In this document: positions 20,619-31,593 of the stretch, piece after piece
Layout of the letters: each line of letters begins with the position of its first letter
Numbering within the stretch: the stretch's first letter is position 1
Translations under genes and position numbers: made by a program
Notes under the pieces: model-generated
Databases searched by the model: none
Told to the model about the DNA's origin: nothing
What the model saw: the letters and a program-made list of their open reading frames with translations, nothing else
Source: Solirubrobacterales bacterium
GTDB taxonomy: Bacteria > Actinomycetota > Thermoleophilia > Solirubrobacterales > 70-9
Reading direction: 5' to 3'
Assembly (NCBI GenBank): GCA_036277915.1
Contig: DASUMA010000011.1
Location: forward strand, 7,538-71,537
DNA: 64,000 nt

Positions 20619-21218
<600 letters not shown>

Positions 21219-22865
21219 CTAGGCGGCAGGGGCCGGGCGGGCCGCCTCGGGGCGGTCGGGCTCGGCCCCGTCCTTGGGCGGGATCTCCGCCATCGCGTGC
21301 TCAGCCAGGGCCGTAATGGTCAGGCTGGGATTGACGCCAACGTTGGCCGGGACCGCGGCGCCGTCGCAGACGAGCAGGTTCTCGTAGCCGAAGACGCGCT
21401 GGTGCTTGTCGACGACGCCGTCCTCGGGGCCATGCCCGATCACCGCGCCGCCGAGGATGTGGGCGGTGGTGGGCACGTTCATCAGCGCCTCGGTGGTCGA
21501 GCTCTGGGCGATGCCGCCGGTGCGCTTGGCCAGCCACTCGGCAGCTTCGTTGGCAACCGGGATGAAGGTCGGGTTCGGTTTCTCGGGGTCCTGCTCGGTC
21601 TGCAGTCGGACATCGCCGGAGCGCTTCAGCTTCGGGCGCAGGGCGATCGCGTTGTCGAGCGTCTGCATCACCAGGAGGATGATCGTGCGTCGTGACCAGC
21701 CCTTCGGCCACAGCGTCTTGGCGAAGCGGCTGGGGTGGCGGAGAATCTGGGCGATCAGCTTCAGCGGTCGGGTCACGCGCGTCCCGTCCCCGACCATCAG
21801 CGTGTAGAGCAGGCTCATCGAGTCGCCGGCTTTGCCGTAGGTGACGGTCTCGATGTGGGTGTGGGGGTCGGGGTAGATGCTGCCGCTGATTGCGACTCGC
21901 CTGGTCAGGTCGTCGCCGTAGTCCTCGGGCACGGTGACGGCGAGGATCATCTCGCTGTTGGTCCGCACCAGCTCCCCGAGGCGGTTGGAGATCTTCGGCA
22001 GGGAGCCGCCAAGGCGGCAGCGCTGTAGCAGCCGGTTGGTGCCGAGCGGCCCGGCGGCGACGATGACGCCGCGGGCGGTCACGGTGCGGCGCCCGCGTCC
22101 GCTCAGCAGCCCTGAGCGCTCGCTCGCGATCGCGTAGCCCTCGCTGCCGTCGGCGGCGCCGAGCGGGCGGATGTCGGTCACGGTGCGATCGGGCGTGACC
22201 GTGACGCCGCGGCGCTCGGCCAGCCAGAGGTAGTTCTTGACCAGCGTGTTCTTCGCCCCGTTCGGGCAGCCGACCATGCAGCGCCCGCACTGGGTGCAGC
22301 CGGTGCGGTCCGGGCCCTCGCCGTCGAAGTAGGGGTCCGGCACAGTCTTGCCGGGCTCGCCGAGGAAGACCCCGATCGGGGTCTTGCGGTAGGTGTCGCC
22401 GACCCCGATCTGCTCGCCGAACTCGCGCAGCAGCTCATCCGCGGGGTCGTCGTGGGTGTGCTCGACGACGCCGAGCATCCGCTGTGCCTCCGCGTAGTGC
22501 GGCGCGAGCTTCGCCTCCCAGTCCTCGAGGTCCCCCCATTGGGGGTCCTGGAAGAACGGGGAGGGCGGCACGTAGAGGGTGTTCGCGTAGCCAAGGCTGC
22601 CACCACCGACGCCGCAGCCGCTGACCACGGAGACGTCCTTCAGTGGGGTCAGCCGGAAGATCCCGCGCAGCCCCAGCCGCGGAGCCCAGAAGTACCGCCG
22701 CAAATCCCAGGTCGACTTCGGGAAGTCCTTGTCCGCGAACCGCTTCCCGCACTCGAGCACAGCTACGGAGTAGCCCTTTTCAGCCAGCCGCAGCGCGGAC
22801 ACGGAGCCGCCGAACCCCGATCCGACGACGATCCAGTCGTAGTCGAACTCTCGCATCGCCGCCAA
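21219..22865 (-). CDS. GMC-family FAD oxidoreductase (cholesterol oxidase-like)
   Basis: 548 aa with an N-terminal Rossmann motif DWIVVGSGFGGSVSALRLAEKGYSVAVLECG and a C-terminal GMC region. Confidence 0.88.
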   Translation of the reverse strand: MAAMREFDYDWIVVGSGFGGSVSALRLAEKGYSVAVLECGKRFADKDFPKSTWDLRRYFWAPRLGLRGIFRLTPLKDVSVVSGCGVGGGSLGYANTLYVPPSPFFQDPQWGDLEDWEAKLAPHYAEAQRMLGVVEHTHDDPADELLREFGEQIGVGDTYRKTPIGVFLGEPGKTVPDPYFDGEGPDRTGCTQCGRCMVGCPNGAKNTLVKNYLWLAERRGVTVTPDRTVTDIRPLGAADGSEGYAIASERSGLLSGRGRRTVTARGVIVAAGPLGTNRLLQRCRLGGSLPKISNRLGELVRTNSEMILAVTVPEDYGDDLTRRVAISGSIYPDPHTHIETVTYGKAGDSMSLLYTLMVGDGTRVTRPLKLIAQILRHPSRFAKTLWPKGWSRRTIILLVMQTLDNAIALRPKLKRSGDVRLQTEQDPEKPNPTFIPVANEAAEWLAKRTGGIAQSSTTEALMNVPTTAHILGGAVIGHGPEDGVVDKHQRVFGYENLLVCDGAAVPANVGVNPSLTITALAEHAMAEIPPKDGAEPDRPEAARPAPAA

Positions 22866-22898
22866 CCCTAGCCGAAACTGGCTGGTCGGCCAGTCGGC

Positions 22899-23090
22899 TT
22901 AGGCCTCGCCGGGCTCGAGCTGCCGGAAGTCCGAGGTGCGGGCGCCGCAGACCGGGCAGAACCAGTCTTTGGGGATGTCCTCGAAGGCGGTGCCGGGCGG
23001 GATGCCGCCGTCGGGGTCGCCGATCGCGGGGTCATAGATGAAGCCGCAGCTCTCGCAGATCCAAAGGGTCGCTTCAGTGGTAGCGCTCAT
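22899..23090 (-). CDS. rubredoxin
   Basis: 63 aa with two CxxC knuckles ([12 protein letters not shown] and WFCPVCGA). Confidence 0.93.
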   Translation of the reverse strand: MSATTEATLWICESCGFIYDPAIGDPDGGIPPGTAFEDIPKDWFCPVCGARTSDFRQLEPGEA

Positions 23091-23111
23091 GGTCCGAATT
23101 GTAGGAGAGAG

Positions 23112-23675
23112 CTATTTGTCGAAGCTGACCGAGACCGGTTCGCGCTCGGTGGGGTTCTCGATCTCGAAGAACTCGCGGGCGGTGAAATTGCCGGCGTTGG
23201 CGACGATCGAGCCCGGGAACTGTTCGATGTCGGTGTTGTAGGACTGGACGTTGGAGTTGTAAATCCGGCGCGAGGCCTGGATCTCGTCCTCGAGCTCGGA
23301 GAGGTTGCGGCTCAGCTGCTGGAAGTTCTCGGTCGCCCGCAGGGTCGGGTAGTTCTCGGCGACGGCGCGCAGGTCGGTCAGGGCCCCCGTCAGGTTGGAC
23401 TCGGCTTTGGAGGTGTCGGCGACGCTGTGGGCGGACATCGCCTCGGCCCGCGCTTTGGTCGCTTTCTCGAAGACCTCGCTCTCGTGCGCGGCGTAGCCTT
23501 TGACCGTCTCGACCAGGTTGGGGACGAGGTCGTGGCGGCGCTTCAGCTGCACGTCGATCCCGCTCCAGGACTCGTCGACTCGGTTGCGCGCGGCGATGAT
23601 CGAGTTGCGCTTCGCGATGAAGTACAGAACCGCGATAACGATGATCGCGACGACGACGATGATGGCGATGAGCAT
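23112..23675 (-). CDS. lemA: LemA family membrane protein
   Basis: 187 aa with an N-terminal TM helix, then the LemA pattern RNRVDESWSGIDVQLKRRHDLVPNLVETVKGYAAHE. Confidence 0.9.
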   Translation of the reverse strand: MLIAIIVVVAIIVIAVLYFIAKRNSIIAARNRVDESWSGIDVQLKRRHDLVPNLVETVKGYAAHESEVFEKATKARAEAMSAHSVADTSKAESNLTGALTDLRAVAENYPTLRATENFQQLSRNLSELEDEIQASRRIYNSNVQSYNTDIEQFPGSIVANAGNFTAREFFEIENPTEREPVSVSFDK

Positions 23676-23763
23676 GGGGCCTCCGTGGTGGTCGACCGGA
23701 CTTGAGCCAATCCTAACGCTGCCGGGCCCCGGGCCGGGCCGCTTCGCCGCTTAGGATCCGCCG

Positions 23764-24435
23764 ATGGGCGCCAAGCAGGAAGCGCAGGAATGGACCGAGG
23801 TGGTGCGCCGCTACGCCGAGCGCAACGACGTCACCTACGAGCAAGTCGGCGGGATCAATCCCAAAGACGCGCCGGTGGCGCTCTGCGTCGGCGGCGTCAA
23901 CCGGCTCACCGGCCAGCTCTCGAGCGGGTTCTGGGGCTCCTCCTGCGACGCCGACGAAAAGGAGATCGGCAGCCTCTTCAACAAGGCGGTGCTGCCGACC
24001 GCGATCCTCGCCAAGGCCCATATGCCCGACCTGGCGCAGGTCGTTCCCGCCTTTAATGTCGAGTCGATCGAGGGGCACGAGGTCGTCACCCAGCGCTTCC
24101 AGCGCAAGGTCGAGTTCGAGTCGATCGAGTTCAACCGCCGCTTCATCGCCACGGTGCCGAAGGAGTACGACCCGGTGGCGCTGCGGGAGCTGTTCGGCCC
24201 CGGCTTCCTCGAGTGGGTGACGACGATGACCGGGGAGATCGACTTCGGCGTCAACGACCGCCAGCTGTGGTTCCTCTGGCGCCTGCGCGAGCACTCCGAG
24301 CCGGAGCTGAAAGCGGCGCTGAAGAACGCCGGGGAGCTATTCAGGCGATTGCAGAGTGAGATGGAGGAGAGCGGCATCAACACCTACCCCGCCGGTCCCT
24401 GGCACGCGGGGCTGGAGCCGTTCCCGGCCAGCTAG
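23764..24435 (+). CDS. hypothetical protein (divergent from lemA)
   Basis: 223 aa with strong GC3 bias and normal amino-acid composition. I recognise no catalytic motif. Confidence 0.65.
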   Translation: MGAKQEAQEWTEVVRRYAERNDVTYEQVGGINPKDAPVALCVGGVNRLTGQLSSGFWGSSCDADEKEIGSLFNKAVLPTAILAKAHMPDLAQVVPAFNVESIEGHEVVTQRFQRKVEFESIEFNRRFIATVPKEYDPVALRELFGPGFLEWVTTMTGEIDFGVNDRQLWFLWRLREHSEPELKAALKNAGELFRRLQSEMEESGINTYPAGPWHAGLEPFPAS

Positions 24436-24436
24436 C

Positions 24437-25120
<684 letters not shown>

Positions 25121-25141
25121 CGGCCCACCCTAACGGCGCGA

Positions 25142-25176
25142 ACGCATTTGTCCCCGGTATGCGGGGACAAATGCGT
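25142..25176. terminator. perfect 15-bp stem / 5-nt loop hairpin (no U-tract)
   Basis: ACGCATTTGTCCCCG-gtatg-CGGGGACAAATGCGT, 6 nt downstream of the stop of the 25182-26336 gene (minus strand). Confidence 0.6.
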
Positions 25177-25181
25177 CGGGA

Positions 25182-26336
25182 CTAGCCGAGGGCGCGTTCG
25201 CGGCTGCGGCGCACGATCGTGCGGTGGGCGAGCCAGGCGAGCAGGACGATCATCGCGATCGGGCCGAGGACCGCGAGGGCGATCAGGGTGACGCCGGCGG
25301 CGATGCCGAGGATGTGACCGGCGTCGCCGAGCGCGTCGCCTGGTCCCCAGGAGGAGTCGTCGCTGGATGCGGGGGCGCCGCCGCTCTGGATTCGGACCGA
25401 GACGCGGGAGAGGCTGGCGCGGCGGTCGAGGTTGGCGAGCCGGGCGCGGAGGGCGGCGCTGCGGCGGCGCTCGCCGCGCAGCTCGGCTTCGACCGCTTCG
25501 CGCTCAGAATCGGTCGCCGCCTCTGAGAGCTGTGCGAGCAGGCCGTCGATCCGCGCCCGCGAGTCCTGCAGGCTCTCGGCGGCGGTGACGGTCGGCGCGG
25601 TGATGTCGGCGGTCGCCTCGCGGCGCGAGCGGACCTCGCCGATCCGCGAGAAGGCGGCGAGCGCGTCGCCGAGTCTGCCGCTGGGGATCAGCAGCTCGAA
25701 GCTGGCACTTGCGTCGCCGGCGCTGCCGGCGCTGGTGGAGGAGCGGATGACGATGCCGCGGTTGGCGTGGACGGCGGCAAAGACCTCGGAGCTGGCATCG
25801 CCGACCTTGGCCGCCTCGACTCCCAGAACCATCTCGGCCGCCCGTTCGACGTCGCGGTGGCGAGGGCTGGACTCGAAGGAGATCCCGGGCGCGCCGGCGC
25901 TGCTTTCGACCTGAACTTCTGATTCCTGCACCGAGGGCTGCGCCGCCTCCGCCGCGGCAGTCGCGCCGCCGGTGGCGGGCTCGGAGCTGCGCTTGGCAGC
26001 GCGGTCGGGCTTCACGAGCGGGCCCTGGCTGAGCTCCGAGGCGACGGACCGCCGATCGCCGGCGGGCCCGTCGGACCCTCCCTCTTCGACCGCGACCACC
26101 GCGGTGGTGAGGACGATCGCGACCAGCGCCGTGGCGCCGACGGGCATCAGGATCTGGCCCGGGCGGAGGGATCGCACCCATGCCAGCGGGCTTGCGGCTG
26201 CCGAGTCCTCGGGCGCGCGCCGCGGGAAGCCCGCGGCGGCGCGCTCGTCGAGCTCGGCGGCGAAGGCCGGGCGGGGAGTGGGGCGGAGGGCGGTCAGCGC
26301 CCCGGTCAGCTCGGCGTCGTCTCTAAAGCGATCCAT
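25182..26336 (-). CDS. putative anti-sigma factor / membrane protein (DUF4349-like C-terminal region)
   Basis: 384 aa. Overlaps the upstream ECF sigma gene by 14 nt. Has a mid-protein TM helix (ILMPVGATALVAIVLTTAVVAV) and a C-terminal TM helix. Confidence 0.7.
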   Translation of the reverse strand: MDRFRDDAELTGALTALRPTPRPAFAAELDERAAAGFPRRAPEDSAAASPLAWVRSLRPGQILMPVGATALVAIVLTTAVVAVEEGGSDGPAGDRRSVASELSQGPLVKPDRAAKRSSEPATGGATAAAEAAQPSVQESEVQVESSAGAPGISFESSPRHRDVERAAEMVLGVEAAKVGDASSEVFAAVHANRGIVIRSSTSAGSAGDASASFELLIPSGRLGDALAAFSRIGEVRSRREATADITAPTVTAAESLQDSRARIDGLLAQLSEAATDSEREAVEAELRGERRRSAALRARLANLDRRASLSRVSVRIQSGGAPASSDDSSWGPGDALGDAGHILGIAAGVTLIALAVLGPIAMIVLLAWLAHRTIVRRSRERALG

Positions 26337-26892
26337 TGCAAGCCTCCCTCAGCTTGGTCACGGCACGGTGCAGCTTGGTGCCGGCGTTCGACTCGGAGAT
26401 GGCGAGCACGGCGGCGACCTCCCCATTCGAGAGGCCGGCGAAGAACTTGAGCGCGATCAGCTCACGCTCGCGCGGCTCCAGGGTCGCCAGGCCGGCTGTG
26501 AGGGCGACCCGCCGCTCCGCCTCTTCGGCGCTCTCCTGTGGCCGGGCGCGGTCCAGATCCTCCGGCTCGGCGGCAAGCTCGGCCTGGCGGCCGCGGCGAC
26601 GCAGCTCGTCGAGCGTGGCGTTGCGGGCGATCCCAAACAGCCAGGCGCGCGGCTCGCCGCGCTGGGGGTCGAAGCGGGAGCGCTTGCGGTAAGCACGCTC
26701 GAAGGCGGCCGCGGTCACTTCCTCGGCCGCAGCCTCGTCCCTCAGCATGCTGGCGACATAGGCATAAACGTCGTCGCGGCTGGAGCGGTAGAGCGCCTCG
26801 AAGGCGAGGTCCGCCTCGCGCGGCGCCTCCCCTGCGGTTGCGACAAGCGTCTGATCCACGCCCCTACTACGGGCGAGCGGCGAATCCATCAC
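26323..26892 (-). CDS. ECF-type RNA polymerase sigma-70 factor
   Basis: 189 aa. Region 2 (RAWLFGIARNATLDELRRR) and region 4 HTH (LSNGEVAAVLAISESNAGTKLHRAV). Confidence 0.9.
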   Translation of the reverse strand: MMDSPLARSRGVDQTLVATAGEAPREADLAFEALYRSSRDDVYAYVASMLRDEAAAEEVTAAAFERAYRKRSRFDPQRGEPRAWLFGIARNATLDELRRRGRQAELAAEPEDLDRARPQESAEEAERRVALTAGLATLEPRERELIALKFFAGLSNGEVAAVLAISESNAGTKLHRAVTKLREACNGSL

Positions 26893-26922
26893 AGCAGTAT
26901 CACTCTGTGATCTGCATCACAC

Positions 26923-26966
26923 GCGCAACTATTGCCCTTGAGAAATAGTTGCGCTGGTGCAACTAT
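26923..26966. promoter_or_regulatory. candidate MarR operator: 11-bp perfect inverted repeat plus a third half-site
   Basis: GCGCAACTATT (26923-26933), N10, AATAGTTGCGC (26944-26954), then GCAACTAT again at 26959-26966. It ends 8 nt before the marR ATG. Confidence 0.6.
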
Positions 26967-26973
26967 CAGTCGC

Positions 26974-27510
26974 ATGCATGCGAGCAAGGTGAAAGAGATC
27001 GCGACCCAGTCCCGGCTCGAGGCCGGCCCCGAGGCGCAGGAGACCGCGGCCCGGCTGACGGCGCTGCTGCGCCACGTCTTCCTCTACGACCGCGGCAACC
27101 AGCTGCGGGTGATCGAGGAGTCGGGGCTGTCGATGACCCAGTGCAAGGCGCTGCTGGAGCTGGGCGGCCTCGGTCAGTCGGCCGAGGCCTGGCAGGTCGG
27201 CGACCTAGCCGAGCTCTTCGGCACCTCGCTCCCGTCGATGAGCAGGGCAGTCGACGCTCTTGTCAGGGCAGGGCTGGCAACCAGGGTCGAGGATCCTGAC
27301 GACCGCCGCGCCCGCCAGGTGCGGATCACCGCCAAGGGCAAGGAGCTGGTGGAGCGGCTCGTCGCCGTGCGCCAGACCGGGATCGAGGCGTTTGCGGAGA
27401 CGCTCACCGCGGCCCAGCGGCGCAAGCTGGACGCCGCCGTTGACTCGCTCATGGACAGGGAGGACATCGCGCAGACCTATAGGCATTTGAAGGGAGATGG
27501 ACCCGCTTGA
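26974..27510 (+). CDS. MarR family transcriptional regulator
   Basis: wHTH pattern LSMTQCKALLELGG...VGDLAELFGTSLPSMSRAVDALVRAGLATRVEDPDDRRARQVRITAKG. I prefer the ATG at 26974 over the TTG at 26932. Confidence 0.88.
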   Translation: MHASKVKEIATQSRLEAGPEAQETAARLTALLRHVFLYDRGNQLRVIEESGLSMTQCKALLELGGLGQSAEAWQVGDLAELFGTSLPSMSRAVDALVRAGLATRVEDPDDRRARQVRITAKGKELVERLVAVRQTGIEAFAETLTAAQRRKLDAAVDSLMDREDIAQTYRHLKGDGPA

Positions 27511-28997
27511 CCCGTTACAGCCACCTGATCACCGACACCAACCGCAAGTGGTGGACGCTCGGAGCGATGTGCTTCGCGCTGTTCATGATCATGCTCGACA
27601 ACACCGTTGTGAACGTCGCGCTGCCCTCGATTCAGCGCGACCTCGACGCTTCGATCTCCGGCCTCGAGTGGACGATCAACGGCTACACGCTCTCCTTCGC
27701 GGTGCTGCTTGCCACCGGCGGCCGGCTTGGCGACATCTTCGGCCGGCGGCTGATCTTCCTGATCGGGGTCGTCGTCTTCGCCCTCTCCTCTGCCACCGCG
27801 GGGTTCGCCCCCGACGCGACCTCGCTGGTCATCAGCCGCGTCGTCCAGGGTGTCGGCGCGGCGCTGATGATGCCGGGCACGCTCTCGATCATCACCGACG
27901 CTTTCCCGCCCGAGGAGCGCGGCAAGGCGATGGGCACCTGGGCTGGGGTCTCGGCTCTGGCGCTGGCGATCGGCCCGGTGATGGGCGGTTTCCTCACCGA
28001 GCACGTCAGCTGGCGGGCGATCTTCTACCTCAACATCCCGGTCGCGATCGGGGCGGTGCTGGCGACGATCTTCGCCGTGCGTGAGTCGCGCGACGAGTCG
28101 GTCGGCCGCCAGGTCGACTTCGCCGGGGTCGCGGTGCTGACCACCGGCCTGACGGCCCTGGTCCTCGCGCTGGTCGAGGGCAACGCCTGGGGCTGGGGCT
28201 CACCGGAAGTGATCGGGCTGCTGGCGCTGGCCGCTGTGGCGCTGCCGGCCTTCGTCGCGGTCGAGAACCGGGTCGAGGCGCCGATGGTCCAGTTCGACCT
28301 GCTGAGCGACCGCAACTTCCTCGGCGCGGTCGTGGTCGCGCTGGTGATCTCCTTCGCGATGCTCGGCGTCTTCTTCTTCCTCGCCCTCTACATGCAGAAC
28401 ATCCTCGGCTACTCGCCCTTGGAGGCCGGGGTCAGGTTCCTGCCCTCGACGATGATGATCGTCGGCGTCGCCCCGATCGCCGGCCGGCTCTCGGACCGGT
28501 TCGGGCCGCGCTGGCTGATCGTCGGCGGCCTCCTGATCCTCTCTGCCTCGCTGTTCAGCTTCAGCGGGATCGCGGTCGACTCCAGCTACCTCGAGCTGCT
28601 GCCCGGGTTCATGCTGCTCGGGTTCGGGATCGCGCTGACGATGTCGCCGATGACCAGCGCCGCGATGAACGCGGTGCCGGTGCAGAAGGCCGGTATCGCC
28701 TCCGGCGTGCTCTCGATGTTCCGCATGGTCGGCGGCAGCCTCGGCATCGCCATCACCGGGGCGATCTTCCAGGCCTCGGTCGGCAGCAGCTTCGAGACCG
28801 CGACCCCGGCGGAGTTCGTCGACGGGCTCTCGCTGGCGATGACGGTCTCCGCCGTGGTGACCGTGGTCGGCGCCGGGATCGCCGTCGCGACGATCCGCTC
28901 GCGGGCCGCGAAGCAGTCGCTGGAGGCGGCCGAGGCCGCCGTCAACCCCGGCGGCTCGGCGGTGGCTGCGCGCGAGGCAGTCGCAGTCGGCGACTAG
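27507..28997 (+). CDS. MFS transporter, DHA2 (EmrB/QacA-like, 14-TMS) family
   Basis: 496 aa, multi-pass, with the GRLGDIFGRR motif. TTGA overlap with the marR stop; GGGAGA lies upstream. Confidence 0.9.
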   Translation: MTRYSHLITDTNRKWWTLGAMCFALFMIMLDNTVVNVALPSIQRDLDASISGLEWTINGYTLSFAVLLATGGRLGDIFGRRLIFLIGVVVFALSSATAGFAPDATSLVISRVVQGVGAALMMPGTLSIITDAFPPEERGKAMGTWAGVSALALAIGPVMGGFLTEHVSWRAIFYLNIPVAIGAVLATIFAVRESRDESVGRQVDFAGVAVLTTGLTALVLALVEGNAWGWGSPEVIGLLALAAVALPAFVAVENRVEAPMVQFDLLSDRNFLGAVVVALVISFAMLGVFFFLALYMQNILGYSPLEAGVRFLPSTMMIVGVAPIAGRLSDRFGPRWLIVGGLLILSASLFSFSGIAVDSSYLELLPGFMLLGFGIALTMSPMTSAAMNAVPVQKAGIASGVLSMFRMVGGSLGIAITGAIFQASVGSSFETATPAEFVDGLSLAMTVSAVVTVVGAGIAVATIRSRAAKQSLEAAEAAVNPGGSAVAAREAVAVGD

Positions 28998-29012
28998 GCT
29001 GCCCGAGTTCTC

Positions 29013-29753
29013 GTGCTGATCCTGCTGCCGCCCTCTGAGGGCAAGATCTCCCCCGCCAAGGGGACCCCGGTCGACCTCGACGCGCTGGCCTACGCTGCGG
29101 AGCTGGGCGAGCGCCGGGCGGCTCTGCTCGACGCGCTGGAAGCGCTGCCCGGCCTGCCGCGTGAGCGGGCGGTCGCGGCCCTGGCCGTCTCCAAGGGGCA
29201 GGCCGGGGAGGTCGACGTCGACGCGGCGCTGCGAGGGGCGCCGGCGGCGCCCGCGGCCGAGGTCTACGCCGGCGTCCTCTACGAGCGCCTGCGGCTGCCG
29301 GAGCTGCCGGCGGCGGCGCGCAAGCGGGTGCTGATCGCCAGCGCCCTCTGGGGCGTGGTCCGGCCGGGCGACCAGATTCCCTATTACCGCCTCTCGGCCA
29401 AAGCCAAGCTCGACGGGATCGGCCCCCTTGCCGGCTTCTGGCGCCCGGCGCTGAGCGAGGCGCTGCCGGACCGGGCCGGCGAGCTAGTCGTCGATATGCG
29501 CTCCGGGGCCTACTCGGCGGCCTGGAAGCCGAAGCGGGCGACGCTGCTGGCAGTGCGCGCCTTTACCGAGCAGCGTGGCAAGCGCAAGCCGGTCTCCCAC
29601 ATGGCGAAGGCGGTGCGGGGCGAGATCGCGCGGGCGCTGCTGGAGGCGAAGACGCCGCCGGCTGACCCCGAGGCCGCGGCGGCGGTCGCGGCAGCGGCTG
29701 GGTTCGGGGTCGAGCTCTCGGCCGGCAGCCTCGACGCGATCGTCAAGGCCTGA
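29013..29753 (+). CDS. yaaA: YaaA-family peroxide stress protein (DUF328)
   Basis: 246 aa with the hallmark N-terminus MLILLPPSEGK, plus YYRLSAKAKL. Confidence 0.85.
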   Translation: MLILLPPSEGKISPAKGTPVDLDALAYAAELGERRAALLDALEALPGLPRERAVAALAVSKGQAGEVDVDAALRGAPAAPAAEVYAGVLYERLRLPELPAAARKRVLIASALWGVVRPGDQIPYYRLSAKAKLDGIGPLAGFWRPALSEALPDRAGELVVDMRSGAYSAAWKPKRATLLAVRAFTEQRGKRKPVSHMAKAVRGEIARALLEAKTPPADPEAAAAVAAAAGFGVELSAGSLDAIVKA

Positions 29754-30399
29754 GCGCGGGCCAGGTCGCCGCGGCGGCGAGGTCGAGCTGGGGTAGGGCC
29801 TCGACCCGGACCTGACCTAGCTCGGCGATCGTCTCGCGGTTGGAGTCCTCGATCGCGGTCGGCTCCGTCGGCCACGGGGTCAGCACGACCATTGCCACTT
29901 GCAGGCCGGCGGCGCGAGCGGACTCGATCGTCAGCAGGGTGTGGTTGATCGTGCCCAGGCCCGGGGAGGCGGCCACCACCAGCGGGTAGCCGAGGTCGGT
30001 GGCAAGGTCGCGAACCAGGTAGCCCGGCGCCAGCGGCACCAGCAGCCCGCCGACCCCCTCGCAGACCAGGAGCTCGGCGCTCTCGGCCGCCGCCTTCGCC
30101 GCCGCGCGCAGGCGCGCCGGGTCGATCTCCTCCCCGGCCATTGCCGCGGCGAGGTGGGGGGAGGCCGGGGGCCCGTAGCGGTAGGGGGCGATCTCCTCGT
30201 CGGACTGCTCCGAGCCGGCGGCGCTGCGCAGGAGCTCGTGGTCGTTTGGCTGCGCGGTCGCTTCCTCGAGGCCGGTGACGGCGGGCTTGAAGACGGCGAC
30301 GCTGGTGCCCTCGGCGGCAGCGGTGCGGGCGATCGCGGCGGCGACGACGGTCTTGCCGACCTCGGTCCCGGTGCCGGTGACGAAGATTCCGCTGGGCAT
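29743..30399 (-). CDS. bioD: dethiobiotin synthase
   Basis: 218 aa with the P-loop GTGTEVGKT and VEGVGGLLVPL. Confidence 0.92.
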   Translation of the reverse strand: MPSGIFVTGTGTEVGKTVVAAAIARTAAAEGTSVAVFKPAVTGLEEATAQPNDHELLRSAAGSEQSDEEIAPYRYGPPASPHLAAAMAGEEIDPARLRAAAKAAAESAELLVCEGVGGLLVPLAPGYLVRDLATDLGYPLVVAASPGLGTINHTLLTIESARAAGLQVAMVVLTPWPTEPTAIEDSNRETIAELGQVRVEALPQLDLAAAATWPALRP

Positions 30400-30408
30400 C
30401 TGGCCTCG

Positions 30409-31589
<1,181 letters not shown>

Positions 31590-31593
<4 letters not shown>

